Below the pieces are notes generated by a model. That model worked only from the letters and a program-made list of their open reading frames with translations, did not search any database and was not told where the DNA came from. 64,000 nt of DNA, from the NCBI GenBank assembly GCA_015060245.1, contig SUYU01000013.1, positions 6,538 to 70,537 of the forward strand, in the 5' to 3' direction. A program made the position numbers and the translations under genes. The DNA comes from Bacteroidales bacterium (GTDB lineage Bacteria; Bacteroidota; Bacteroidia; Bacteroidales; UBA932). Numbering within the stretch: position 1 is the first letter of the stretch; each line of letters begins with the position of its first letter. Below are positions 38,369-48,083 of the stretch, piece after piece.

Positions 38369-40006
38369 TCAGTTGGACTTTAACAGATTGGTTATATACG
38401 TATTCAAATTGATGTTATTGATATCTGTTCCCAACTTCTTACGTATACTGCTGCTTATATGATAGTGACGGCTTTGGTTGGTATAGAATCCTATATCCTT
38501 GCCATTCATTCCTATTGCAAAGAGACAACAGTACTCCATCTCCAATTCTGTAAGGTTCCTTTCTTTCAGATGTGATATAAATTTGGGATGCGTAGATTTG
38601 TAGACAAGCAACAGGGAGTGCATAAAATCTTCCCTGTCTTCTATAATGGTGTCTATCTTACGCCACAACTCCTTTTCATCCCTGATTCTTGATATAAAGA
38701 GTTGGTTCAACAAATCTATTCTCTCCTTTATTATATCTGTTATTGATTTGTCAAGCGAGATATTTGAGTCAAGCATATCTTTCAAACTCGATACCTCTTC
38801 TTCCAATAGTGAATAAGAATGTGCCAATCTCTCCTTTTCAGCCTCTACCAATCTCTTTTCAAGCAGGCTTGACTTCAATTTTTGCCTGATGACAACTACG
38901 ACAAGCAGTAACATGAGGATGAGAGATATGGATGCTGACAGTGTACGTTTCCTGGAGTTATCTTTTTCTGCATTTTCCAGTTTAAGGCCATATCGCTCCT
39001 CTATAAACTGCGTATCACTCTTCAGTTTTGCGACATTTGCTGAATCACTTCTTGAAAAATACTGCTTGTAATGGAACAATGCATCAGAAATATTACCTGA
39101 ATTCTCATGCAATTCCGACAATATAGCATGGTATCTGATATTCTGATCTGCATTATATTTGTCATATAGTCCTATAGCATCAAAACCACTATTATAATCA
39201 CCTGTGAGCAAATATGCCGCAGCAACTGAAAGCCACGGAATCTGTGAATGTTCAACATTTCTCAAATAATCAGATAATGTATTCTTAAGACTATCCTTTG
39301 CATATTGCATCTCATAACTGAGAATAGCCTCAAAACATCTATTCTTATCAGCCTTTATATCATTTAGAGCAATTTTTTTTAGATATTCTATTTGCTCTTT
39401 GGCCTTTATAGAATCATTCTTTGCAGAATATCCATAATATACATTAATCAAGGAATTTATCTCAGAGCGTCTGTTTCCTCCTTTACGAAAACAACATGAA
39501 GCCTCCTGCATACACTTTATATATGCGTCAAAGTTCCTTAAATTGTAGTATATGTTGCCTTGAGCAAACAGCATCCTTGCTCTGGTCAAATTGTCATTGG
39601 AGAGTTTCCCCTCATCAAGACCTTTTACCAAAGCGGCCATTGCAGACTCTTCATCATTGCGGTTTCTGTAAATGACACTTTTATAATAGTACATGCGGAG
39701 TTTGTCTGTTGCACTGCCTTTGTGTGTATAGTAATCTATGGCGGGTTGCAACACAGAAAAGTCTGTGGTGTCTATGTAATTCTTGTCCATAGCCATGGAG
39801 AGCAACAGGGAGTGCTTTGCCTCCACTTTTGCACTTCGCAGTTGCGATTGGTCAATTGACCGGAGTGTGGCCAGAGCACTGTCGGGATAATGCTCAATAT
39901 ATGAATCAACTTCATTGAGAAGATTTAATGCAGCACTATTGTCACGGCATGAAACAAAAAGTGTGATTGCTGCTATAAGAAACAGATATGGAACTCGGGC
40001 ACTCAT
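38369..40006 (-). CDS. one-component membrane regulator, same architecture (copy 2)
   Basis: The N-terminal ~148 aa and C-terminal ~175 aa are nearly identical to copy 1. The central ~225 aa (distal TPR region and TM helix) are strongly diverged. Confidence 0.6.
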   Translation of the reverse strand: MSARVPYLFLIAAITLFVSCRDNSAALNLLNEVDSYIEHYPDSALATLRSIDQSQLRSAKVEAKHSLLLSMAMDKNYIDTTDFSVLQPAIDYYTHKGSATDKLRMYYYKSVIYRNRNDEESAMAALVKGLDEGKLSNDNLTRARMLFAQGNIYYNLRNFDAYIKCMQEASCCFRKGGNRRSEINSLINVYYGYSAKNDSIKAKEQIEYLKKIALNDIKADKNRCFEAILSYEMQYAKDSLKNTLSDYLRNVEHSQIPWLSVAAAYLLTGDYNSGFDAIGLYDKYNADQNIRYHAILSELHENSGNISDALFHYKQYFSRSDSANVAKLKSDTQFIEERYGLKLENAEKDNSRKRTLSASISLILMLLLVVVVIRQKLKSSLLEKRLVEAEKERLAHSYSLLEEEVSSLKDMLDSNISLDKSITDIIKERIDLLNQLFISRIRDEKELWRKIDTIIEDREDFMHSLLLVYKSTHPKFISHLKERNLTELEMEYCCLFAIGMNGKDIGFYTNQSRHYHISSSIRKKLGTDINNINLNTYITNLLKSN

Positions 40007-40019
40007 TTTGGGGCAGTTG

Positions 40020-40778
40020 TTATTGTGCTATAAACCTGTATGCTATCTCTCCAATCTGTTTTTCCGGCGCACTTTGTGATGCAGAGAACCTGCTTCTTTT
40101 GGCTGCAGCAATGGCTGCCTTTATAAGGCACTCGTCGGATGAAGATGATGACCCTTCAATGATTGAGGCGGCAACAACATATCCTCTTCTGTTTACTGTA
40201 ATCTGCACATAAACATCGCCTCCGCCATAACATTTGTATACCGGCACCGGCAATGACATTCCTTTTCTTCCATCAAGTGAATATGAGAGCACAGAGGGGC
40301 CTTTATATGTTTCAGTTTTGCCCTTTTTCTCCTGGTTGCCTGTTGAAACATCATCATCACTACCCTGCTCCATCATGGCCTCCCTGCGGGAAGCGTCAAG
40401 TTTCTTCTGGAGTTCACGGGCCTCATCATAAACTTGTGAAGGATTCTTGAAGCGGTCATCCCTGAGGTTGCGGCCACTGCTTCTGTCTACCGCCACATTC
40501 CTGTAGGCAGAGGCCGAAACATTTCCATTCAAAAGATCTTCAACGGCCTTCTGCGCCTGAATCTTTATCTCCTCCTCCTTTATCTTCTGCTCCATCTCCT
40601 CCAAACCGGTAAAGTCAAGTACAAAGGCGGTCTCCTCCGCCACTACATTGCTTATTGTAGTTGCCAGCAGAACAATTATTATCACAAGATGGAACACCAC
40701 AGTTGAGTAGAAGCCTATTCTCCTCTCTTTGGTATTCAGAATCTCCCTGTTTATGTACTCCTTTACCCTTTTGAACAT
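40020..40778 (-). CDS. TonB C-terminal-domain-like membrane protein
   Basis: N-terminal TM helix, a charged/coiled linker, and a C-terminal GDVYVQITVNRRGYVVAASII...AAIAAAKRSRF segment resembling TonB_C. Met at 40778 preferred. Confidence 0.5.
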   Translation of the reverse strand: MFKRVKEYINREILNTKERRIGFYSTVVFHLVIIIVLLATTISNVVAEETAFVLDFTGLEEMEQKIKEEEIKIQAQKAVEDLLNGNVSASAYRNVAVDRSSGRNLRDDRFKNPSQVYDEARELQKKLDASRREAMMEQGSDDDVSTGNQEKKGKTETYKGPSVLSYSLDGRKGMSLPVPVYKCYGGGDVYVQITVNRRGYVVAASIIEGSSSSSDECLIKAAIAAAKRSRFSASQSAPEKQIGEIAYRFIAQ

Positions 40779-40820
40779 ATAAATGCAAATTTGTCGGGAA
40801 TATCCGCTTCCCGACAAATA

Positions 40821-41438
40821 TTATTTTATTTTCAACTCTTTCTCTATAATGGCCATCAGCATGTCTATTGCCACCTGATTATGGCCACCTTGCGGAATTA
40901 TTATATCCGCGTAACGCTTGCTCGGCTCAATGAACTGAAGGTGCATGGGTTTTACCGTCTGCTCGTAACGGCGCAGCACCCACTCCACAGTCTTGCCACG
41001 TTCAACTATATCTCTGCAGATAACACGTGAAAGACGGTCATCAGCCTCGGCATCAACAAAGACCTTGATGTCCATCATCCGGCGCAACTGCTCACATGTG
41101 AAGATGAGTATGCCCTCAACAATTATTATGTGTGCCGGCTTTACGTGTACAGTCTCTGTCTTTGACCTTGAGCAGGTAACATAAGAGTAAACCGGCTGCT
41201 CAACCGGTTTACCCTCCTTAAGCGAATTGAGATGCTCAATAAGGTATTCAAAATCTATGGAATCTGGGTGGTCAAAGTTATGCACGGCCTTCTCCTCTTC
41301 TGTAAGATGGCTGCTGTCTTTGTAGTAGGCATCCTGCGGTATAACCACAAAATCCTCTTCACTCATAAGTTCCTTAAGTTTGCGTACTACGGTGGTCTTG
41401 CCCGAACCGGTTCCGCCTGCAATACCTATTATAAGCAT
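40821..41438 (-). CDS. udk: uridine kinase
   Basis: P-loop IGIAGGTGSGKTT and uridine kinase length and sequence. Confidence 0.9.
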   Translation of the reverse strand: MLIIGIAGGTGSGKTTVVRKLKELMSEEDFVVIPQDAYYKDSSHLTEEEKAVHNFDHPDSIDFEYLIEHLNSLKEGKPVEQPVYSYVTCSRSKTETVHVKPAHIIIVEGILIFTCEQLRRMMDIKVFVDAEADDRLSRVICRDIVERGKTVEWVLRRYEQTVKPMHLQFIEPSKRYADIIIPQGGHNQVAIDMLMAIIEKELKIK

Positions 41439-41456
41439 TCCCTATAATTTTTAATC

Positions 41457-42851
41457 CTAGAACTCTGCTGATTTTGGTGTACGTGGGAATGGAATCACAT
41501 CACGGATGTTTGCCATACCTGTAACAAACAACAGCAATCTCTCAAAGCCCAAACCGAAACCGCTGTGAGGTGCAGTACCAAAACGGCGGGTATCGAGATA
41601 CCACCACAAGTTTCTGGTATCCATATCAAGTTCTGCAATTCTCGCCTCAAGTTTCTCAAGGCTTTCCTCTCTCTCTGAACCTCCAATGATCTCACCGATC
41701 TTAGGGAACAGTACATCCATTGCACGTACAGTCTTGCCATCCTCATTCTGCTTCATATAGAATGCCTTGATATCTTTCGGATAGTCTGTAAGGATTACCG
41801 GTTTCTTGAAGTGTTTCTCCACAAGGTAACGCTCGTGCTCGCTCTGCAGGTCAATGCCCCAGCCAACAGGGTACTCAAACTTCTCGCCGCTTGCCTCAAG
41901 AATCTTGACACCCTCAGTGTAAGTAAGTCTTACAAATTCAGTATCAATGACACCTCTCAAACGCTCGATAAGTTCCTTGTCAAACATATCGTTCAAGAAC
42001 TTTAGGTCATCCATGCAGTTGTCAAGAGCATATTTTACAAGATACTTGATAAAGTCCTCTGCAAGGTCCATATTGTCGGTAATGTCATTGAATGCGACCT
42101 CAGGCTCAACCATCCAGAACTCTGCCAAGTGGCGTGGAGTGTTTGAGTTCTCAGCCCTGAATGTAGGTCCGAAGGTGTAGATGCTGCCTAATGCCATTGC
42201 TCCAAGTTCACCCTCCAACTGGCCGCTCACTGTAAGTGATGTCTGTCGGCCAAAGAAGTCCTGGGTAAAATCAACACCGCCCTCCTCATTTTTAGGGATA
42301 TTGTTCAAGTCCATTGTTGTAACCTGGAACATTGCGCCTGCGCCCTCGCAGTCAGATGCTGTGATAAGCGGAGTGTGAAGATAGCAGAAGCCTTTTGAGT
42401 TGAAGTAGTTGTGGATTGCAAAAGCCATTGCATGCCTTATTCTCAAAACACATCCGAAAGTGTTTGTACGAGGTCTCAAATGGGCAATCTCTCTCAAGAA
42501 CTCCATGCTGTGACCCTTTTTTTGCAAGGGATACTGCTCAGGATCTGCCTTACCGTATATTTCAATTTCAGTTGCCTGAATCTCAACGCTCTGACCTTTA
42601 CCCAAAGATTCAACAAGATTACCTTTTACAGCAATGCAGGCACCTGTTGTAATATCTTTCAACAATTCTTCCGAGAAATTCTGGGTATCACAAACTACCT
42701 GTATGTTATTTACAGAAGAGCCGTCATTCAATGCAATGAAAGCAACATGTTTATTACCTCTTTTTGTTCTTACCCAACCTTTTGCCAAGACTTCACTTCC
42801 GGGAGCCTCTTTCAGTAACTGGGATACCGTTTTTCTTTTAATCTCGCTCAT
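41457..42851 (-). CDS. asnS: asparagine--tRNA ligase
   Basis: Class IIb OB-fold N-terminus and a C-terminus [29 protein letters not shown]. The Met at 42851 is preferred because a -7 box and a terminator occupy 42888-42929. Confidence 0.9.
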   Translation of the reverse strand: MSEIKRKTVSQLLKEAPGSEVLAKGWVRTKRGNKHVAFIALNDGSSVNNIQVVCDTQNFSEELLKDITTGACIAVKGNLVESLGKGQSVEIQATEIEIYGKADPEQYPLQKKGHSMEFLREIAHLRPRTNTFGCVLRIRHAMAFAIHNYFNSKGFCYLHTPLITASDCEGAGAMFQVTTMDLNNIPKNEEGGVDFTQDFFGRQTSLTVSGQLEGELGAMALGSIYTFGPTFRAENSNTPRHLAEFWMVEPEVAFNDITDNMDLAEDFIKYLVKYALDNCMDDLKFLNDMFDKELIERLRGVIDTEFVRLTYTEGVKILEASGEKFEYPVGWGIDLQSEHERYLVEKHFKKPVILTDYPKDIKAFYMKQNEDGKTVRAMDVLFPKIGEIIGGSEREESLEKLEARIAELDMDTRNLWWYLDTRRFGTAPHSGFGLGFERLLLFVTGMANIRDVIPFPRTPKSAEF

Positions 42852-42887
42852 ATTATGTCTATTATATAGTTTTCTTCTAATAACCCA

Positions 42888-42895
42888 CAAAAATA
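42888..42895 (-). promoter_or_regulatory. candidate -7 box (TATTTTTG) for asnS
   Basis: The minus strand matches TAnnTTTG, 37 nt upstream of the ATG at 42851. Confidence 0.4.
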
Positions 42896-42896
42896 C

Positions 42897-42929
42897 GAAG
42901 AAGAGTACTATTTAACAATACTCTCCTTC
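42897..42929 (-). terminator. rho-independent terminator after the SGNH hydrolase gene
   Basis: Minus strand: GAAGGAGAGTA-11 nt loop-TACTCTTCTTC (one mismatch), followed by GTATTTTTG. Confidence 0.6.
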
Positions 42930-42953
42930 GCATAATTTAAAATTTGACCTCTA

Positions 42954-43643
42954 CTATTTCACATATTTTCCAATTGCCTCACTCCAGATGGCATATCCCT
43001 CTTTCTTAAGGTGCAATCCGTCGGGGCTTATCTGAGGATTCATACTCTCTGTACCCTCTTCCAAAAACAGCGGATGAATATTTATATATGTAATCTTGAG
43101 TTTTTTGGCCAACTGCTCAAGTCTCTCATTTACAAGAGCCACCATATATGTTTTACCGTCAAGTTTCTTATATCTCTTGAAACTCTCGTTGAATGGAAGC
43201 ATGCTCTGAAGATAGAGTTTTGTTTTTGGGCACTCCTGCTTAATCTTTACCAAAACCTTCTCAATACGTGCTGCAATTGTATCGGCAGAGAGGTCGTGGC
43301 TCACATCATTTGCGCCGCAAAGGAAGAAGAGTTTGCGTGGATTACCTGGTGTAATCTGCTCAAGCCTGTCATAAATTCCCTCTGCTGTATCACCTACAAT
43401 GCCCCTGTTTCTGATAGCGCCACCCTTTTTATTTAGTTTTGCCTCAGTCTTAGGAAAATATTTGCTCCACTCACCGCCCTCGGTAAGGCTGTCGCCAAGC
43501 AAAACAATATCCTCCTCCGTAATTGGAGGCTCCTGCTGAAACTGTGCCACCCTCTTGTAGTAGTGGTCTGAATACTTCTTCTCCTGTGCCTGACCCATAA
43601 AAACAATCATAAGGCCAAAAAACAATAATGCAATCTTTTTCAT
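42954..43643 (-). CDS. SGNH/GDSL-family hydrolase, secreted
   Basis: Signal peptide MKKIALLFFGLMIVFMGQA and the GDSLTEGG block. Confidence 0.8.
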   Translation of the reverse strand: MKKIALLFFGLMIVFMGQAQEKKYSDHYYKRVAQFQQEPPITEEDIVLLGDSLTEGGEWSKYFPKTEAKLNKKGGAIRNRGIVGDTAEGIYDRLEQITPGNPRKLFFLCGANDVSHDLSADTIAARIEKVLVKIKQECPKTKLYLQSMLPFNESFKRYKKLDGKTYMVALVNERLEQLAKKLKITYINIHPLFLEEGTESMNPQISPDGLHLKKEGYAIWSEAIGKYVK

Positions 43644-43654
43644 ATTTCCAATTT

Positions 43655-45205
43655 TCAATACCACAATATTTTTGACGGCGCACTCTCATTCCAGCAACGG
43701 TCTACCGCAGTTACCACATATTTACAGCCGGCGCCATGATTCCTGTTCTCTTCAACCACATTATACTGCAACTCATCGGTTATTTTAAGGATATATTTTG
43801 AGTTGCCTATATCTGCCTTCACGCCATCAGGGAAGCAGTAAACAATGTAGAAAAGTGCCTTCTGCATAGGATTTGCGGCATCCTTTTCATTCTGCTGCCA
43901 ACGTATATAGTGACCATCCTTTGCAATGTCAGAGAGGGCTTTTGGTGCCTTTTTGTCCAAATCTGAATAGACTGGAACAAGGGCCGGATACTTCTGGTAC
44001 ACATTCACAAGGCTGTCGGCAATCTTATGCGAGTTTCTTATTATGCTCCAGCCCGGCCACCATACGTTTCCATGTACATTTGGTAGAGTCCTTACAAGTT
44101 CCATTTTTCTTCTCATCTGGGTTGTGTTGGGATTCTGCAGATCGGCCTTCCCGAATGTGCTTATGCTCTGTCCCACATAGAAATGCCCCTTTGGAGTGTT
44201 GTTATTCCACCAGTTGATAAGCACCTCGTAGTCAGCCTTGGCGTGGCCTATCTCCCAGTAAAGTTGCGGAACATTGTAATCTATATAACCCTTCTCCACC
44301 CATAGCGGAACATCGGCATAGAGTTGCTCATAGTTGGAGAGACCGTTGGTCTCGCTGCCGCTTCCGTCGGGAGTATCCTTTTTGTTCCTGTGGATGCCGA
44401 ACGGGCTTATACCGAACCTTACCCAAGGCTTGATTGATTTTATAGCCTCATTGAGTTCCTTAATAAGCAATGTAACGTTGTATCTGCGCCAGTCCGCCTT
44501 CTGCTCAGGTTGTGTGTAACCATGATCAGGACCATACTTTTCAAAGGCAGCCTGATCATCAAACTCTTCACCCTCAATAGGGTATGGATAGAAATAGTCA
44601 TCAAAGTGAATTGCATCAACATCGTAGCGGGTAACAATATCGGAGATAACCTTTACAGTATGCTCCCTTGATGCCGGCTCACATGGATTGAAATACCATT
44701 GTTTTCCATGTTTTACAAATATTTCGGGTTTCTTGAAAAATATATGCTCTGCACATAGTGTGTCGGTTGCCTCTGATGTCACCCTGTAAGGGTTGCACCA
44801 TGCATGAAGTTCCATACCCCTCTTGTGGCTCTCCTCCACCATAAATGCAAGCGGATCCCAATTCCCTTCGGGAGCCTTGCCCTGTACTCCTGTAAGATAT
44901 CTGCTCCATGGTTCAAGTTCAGAAACATAAAAGGCATCGGCAGTTGGCCTGACTTGAAATACCACAGCATTGCAACCTGCAAGCGCAAGTGAGTCCAACG
45001 TATTTATGAACAGCGCCTTAATCTGCTCAACATTCATTGTTCGCATCTGCCTGTTTCCAACGGTATGTATCCAGGCTCCTCTAAATTCACGCTTTGGAAG
45101 TTCATACTTTTTGACACCCTTATTTGCCGCATTTGACAATGTTGGTTGCATAGCAAACAATAGAGCCAACAATGCAAAACATACAGGTTTAAAAACTCTT
45201 CTCAT
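43655..45205 (-). CDS. glycoside-hydrolase-like family 10 (GHL10/YngK-like) protein, secreted
   Basis: Signal peptide, then EFRGAWIHTVGN and a TIM-barrel-like sequence typical of that family (recognised by eye). Confidence 0.6.
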   Translation of the reverse strand: MRRVFKPVCFALLALLFAMQPTLSNAANKGVKKYELPKREFRGAWIHTVGNRQMRTMNVEQIKALFINTLDSLALAGCNAVVFQVRPTADAFYVSELEPWSRYLTGVQGKAPEGNWDPLAFMVEESHKRGMELHAWCNPYRVTSEATDTLCAEHIFFKKPEIFVKHGKQWYFNPCEPASREHTVKVISDIVTRYDVDAIHFDDYFYPYPIEGEEFDDQAAFEKYGPDHGYTQPEQKADWRRYNVTLLIKELNEAIKSIKPWVRFGISPFGIHRNKKDTPDGSGSETNGLSNYEQLYADVPLWVEKGYIDYNVPQLYWEIGHAKADYEVLINWWNNNTPKGHFYVGQSISTFGKADLQNPNTTQMRRKMELVRTLPNVHGNVWWPGWSIIRNSHKIADSLVNVYQKYPALVPVYSDLDKKAPKALSDIAKDGHYIRWQQNEKDAANPMQKALFYIVYCFPDGVKADIGNSKYILKITDELQYNVVEENRNHGAGCKYVVTAVDRCWNESAPSKILWY

Positions 45206-45229
45206 ATAATCATATTTTTATAGTTTATA

Positions 45230-46465
45230 CTAGTTGAATTGAAGGCCCATGGCATCCATTATTCTCTTTGGAATATCGGTATTGTCCATTCTGCCCACAA
45301 ATGCCTCTGATCCCGCACCTACGGCAAATACCGGCACAGCAGCACCTGTATGTGATGTTGTTGTCCAGCCTATTTTTGCCGCTTTCGACAATGAGTCTGC
45401 CGGAGTATGCTCCATGTAGTTGTTGATGTCTGCCCTCTCCGAGGTGGTCATTTGAGCCTTTCTGCCCGGCACTGAGGCCAAATCAAACACATAACCTTTT
45501 GTTCTGCCCAATGTCAAGCCACCTGTTTCATGATCTGCAGTTACAACTATAAGAGTTTCATCGGGATGTTTCAGATAGAACTGGTAGGCAACCTGGATTG
45601 CCTCGTCAAAATCTATGGTTTCATGGATTGTGTTAGTAATGTCATTCGCATGGGCAGCCCAGTCAATCTGACCGCCTTCGGCCATAATGAAGAATCCTTT
45701 ATCATTGTCGAGGAACTCTATTGCTGCCTCCACAACCTGTGCAAGGGATAAATCGCTCTCTTCGCGCTCAAATGAGTAAGGAAGAATATTGTTGGCATCG
45801 GCACTCTCCTGGAAGAAGAGAATCTTGTCTGCTGACCCTTTTTTGGCCTCAAAATCCTCTGCACCCATAGCAACTGCGTAGCCATTTTCCGCTACAATGT
45901 CATATAGGGGTTTTCTGTCGCCCTGTTTTTCAACGCCACCGAATCCACCTCCACCAAAGAACTCGAAACCGCTTAACGGCAACTGCGCTGCAATTGAATA
46001 GTAATCATTTCTGGCGGCAGAATTTGCATAGAATGCAGCAGGTGTTGCATGGTCTATGGTAACCGTTGACATTACTCCAACTTTATATCCAAAATTGTGT
46101 ATCATTTTGGCAATGCTTACAAGATTGGAGGTATCAGGAGATACTCCCAACATGCCATTGTTGGTTTTATATCCTGTAGACAATGCTGTTCCGGCCGCTG
46201 ATGAACATGTTATCATATTGCTTGCAGAATAGGTCGTTGCCATTCCCATGGCAGGAAATTGTGTAAAAGCAAGAGGCTCACTTCCAATTTTGCCCTGTTT
46301 GGCAGCATTATAGGCCTCTGCCAATGCCACATGCGCAAAGCCCATACCATCGCCTATAAAATAGAAAACATACTTTGCCTGCTTCTGGTTATTGTTGCAG
46401 CAGGATGAGACAACAAAAAGTAGTGCCAAAAACATAGACACTGCTCCCGACAGATTTTTTTTCAT
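45230..46465 (-). CDS. alkaline phosphatase
   Basis: FIGDGMG, active-site region, TADHETGG. Confidence 0.9.
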   Translation of the reverse strand: MKKNLSGAVSMFLALLFVVSSCCNNNQKQAKYVFYFIGDGMGFAHVALAEAYNAAKQGKIGSEPLAFTQFPAMGMATTYSASNMITCSSAAGTALSTGYKTNNGMLGVSPDTSNLVSIAKMIHNFGYKVGVMSTVTIDHATPAAFYANSAARNDYYSIAAQLPLSGFEFFGGGGFGGVEKQGDRKPLYDIVAENGYAVAMGAEDFEAKKGSADKILFFQESADANNILPYSFEREESDLSLAQVVEAAIEFLDNDKGFFIMAEGGQIDWAAHANDITNTIHETIDFDEAIQVAYQFYLKHPDETLIVVTADHETGGLTLGRTKGYVFDLASVPGRKAQMTTSERADINNYMEHTPADSLSKAAKIGWTTTSHTGAAVPVFAVGAGSEAFVGRMDNTDIPKRIMDAMGLQFN

Positions 46466-46506
46466 ATTTCAAAGAATTAATATTTCAAAACATGCTCCAA
46501 AGGTAC

Positions 46507-46542
46507 AAAAAAAAAAAGAGGCAACTTATACAAGTCACCTCT
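46507..46542 (-). terminator. rho-independent terminator after the exbD pair
   Basis: Minus strand: AGAGGTGAC-loop-GTTGCCTCT hairpin followed by T11. Confidence 0.7.
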
Positions 46543-46563
46543 TTTTATAACCAGACTTAAAGA

Positions 46564-47037
46564 CTAATTTTCTGGACCAGCCTGACGTGCTGAATACATG
46601 ATCTTAAGCGCTGAACAACGTCTAAGTTCCTGTTTTACGTCAGTGATGATACCCATACGAACATTCTCGTCAGCCTTGATAACAACTGTCATGAAAGTTC
46701 TGTCAGCCTCGCTCAAATTCTCGCGCTCTGCTGCAACGAAGTCTCTAATATCATCTGTTGTCTTGAATGAATCATTCAACTGAATACGAGCATCTGTACC
46801 ATACTCAGCCTGTTTTGAAATTACAGGAGTACCGATGTTAATGTAAGATGCAAGGTCTTTTCTCTCCAATTTAGCAATCTCTGATGCCTGTGGAAGTTTA
46901 ACTGTAACAAGCGCAGTCTCTTCTCTCAACTGTGTTGTTGCCATAAAGAAGAACAGCAACATAAATACGATATCAGGAAGAGATGTGGTTGCCAATGGTG
47001 GAACCTCTTTTTTACCGCCTCTATTAAATTTAGCCAT
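46564..47037 (-). CDS. exbD: biopolymer transport protein ExbD/TolR
   Basis: N-terminal TM helix (LPDIVFMLLFFFM) and an ExbD periplasmic domain. Confidence 0.85.
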   Translation of the reverse strand: MAKFNRGGKKEVPPLATTSLPDIVFMLLFFFMATTQLREETALVTVKLPQASEIAKLERKDLASYINIGTPVISKQAEYGTDARIQLNDSFKTTDDIRDFVAAERENLSEADRTFMTVVIKADENVRMGIITDVKQELRRCSALKIMYSARQAGPEN

Positions 47038-47055
47038 AATTTTATATCCTCCTAA

Positions 47056-47640
47056 TTATCTACGTTTACTAATATCTTTAGGCTCGGCCTCTGAAATATT
47101 CTGCGGAATGGCCTCACGGACAATCTTCTGTTTGTCCTCATCCAAAGCATTATATTTCTTGCCGTAATTCTTCATTGCAAAATCATCACGAATCTCATTG
47201 AAAGCCTTTACAAGTTCATTCTGAACCTGCAAATATGAATTGTAACTTGTACCGCGGTCATTCTGCAATGATACAACACCTTTAGAAACTGCATACTGGC
47301 CAAATCCCTCAATATCCTTCATCTCCTTCTCTGGAAGGTTTTCAAGATTCAAAGGATTGGTCACGAACTCAACAATCTTGTCCTTAATCTCAGAAATCTC
47401 CATAATCTGACCACCTGCAATGATTCTGTCTGCAGCATTGATCTTAACCTGGATGATATTTCTGCGGTTGACTTTTGCATCCTCTTGTTGCTGATTCTCA
47501 TCAGGCATAGGAGGCAAACGACGCTGAAGACCCTTATCGGAGTTCATTGTAGTTGTTGTCAACCAGAAGATCAATAGCAAGAAAGCGATATCGGCCGATG
47601 ATGAAGCGTTAATGCCTTCTGCATTTCTCTTAATAGCCAT
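47056..47640 (-). CDS. exbD: biopolymer transport protein ExbD/TolR (long form)
   Basis: DIAFLLLIFWL TM helix and an ExbD-like domain. Confidence 0.8.
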   Translation of the reverse strand: MAIKRNAEGINASSSADIAFLLLIFWLTTTTMNSDKGLQRRLPPMPDENQQQEDAKVNRRNIIQVKINAADRIIAGGQIMEISEIKDKIVEFVTNPLNLENLPEKEMKDIEGFGQYAVSKGVVSLQNDRGTSYNSYLQVQNELVKAFNEIRDDFAMKNYGKKYNALDEDKQKIVREAIPQNISEAEPKDISKRR

Positions 47641-47667
47641 AATCTAATGTGTGTTATATCTGAATTA

Positions 47668-48072
47668 TTATTTATTTCTAGCGCTGCTGATAACCGGACC
47701 CAATACAATACCCAAAACTGCAATAACAAACAATAGAGCAGTTAGAATCAATCCAGCATCAGTATATTTCCAAGCCGACTCTGTTGCAGCAACTCTTGAA
47801 CCCTCAACTGCCTCTGGTGATGCAAGGAAATAAGAGATAACGCAAAGAACAGCCACAAAGGCTACTTTAACCAACATACCTTTCTTTCCTTTACCATTGC
47901 TGAAGAAAAGAGGCATAAGCACTGCACCTACCAAAGCAACAGCCGATAGGACAAGAGCCCAGTTGATTATAGTTGTTACCATACCATCTGAATACCCTGA
48001 TGTGTAGAATACTACAGCAAGGATTGCAGATACGATTAGCAACAATACTGAAATGTATTTTGTGAATTTCAT
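47668..48072 (-). CDS. four-TM membrane protein of unknown function in the exbBD cluster
   Basis: Four hydrophobic helices, no recognisable motif; sits between exbB and exbD. Confidence 0.5.
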   Translation of the reverse strand: MKFTKYISVLLLIVSAILAVVFYTSGYSDGMVTTIINWALVLSAVALVGAVLMPLFFSNGKGKKGMLVKVAFVAVLCVISYFLASPEAVEGSRVAATESAWKYTDAGLILTALLFVIAVLGIVLGPVISSARNK

Positions 48073-48083
48073 TTTAAATCAAA

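Larger units (their letters stand above)
36236..40006 (-). repeat. tandem duplication (period 1965 nt) of regulator gene plus downstream box array
   Basis: Near-identical blocks 36236-36927 / 38201-38892 and about 37602-38044 / 39564-40006 flank diverged cores at 36928-37601 and 38893-39563. Confidence 0.9.
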
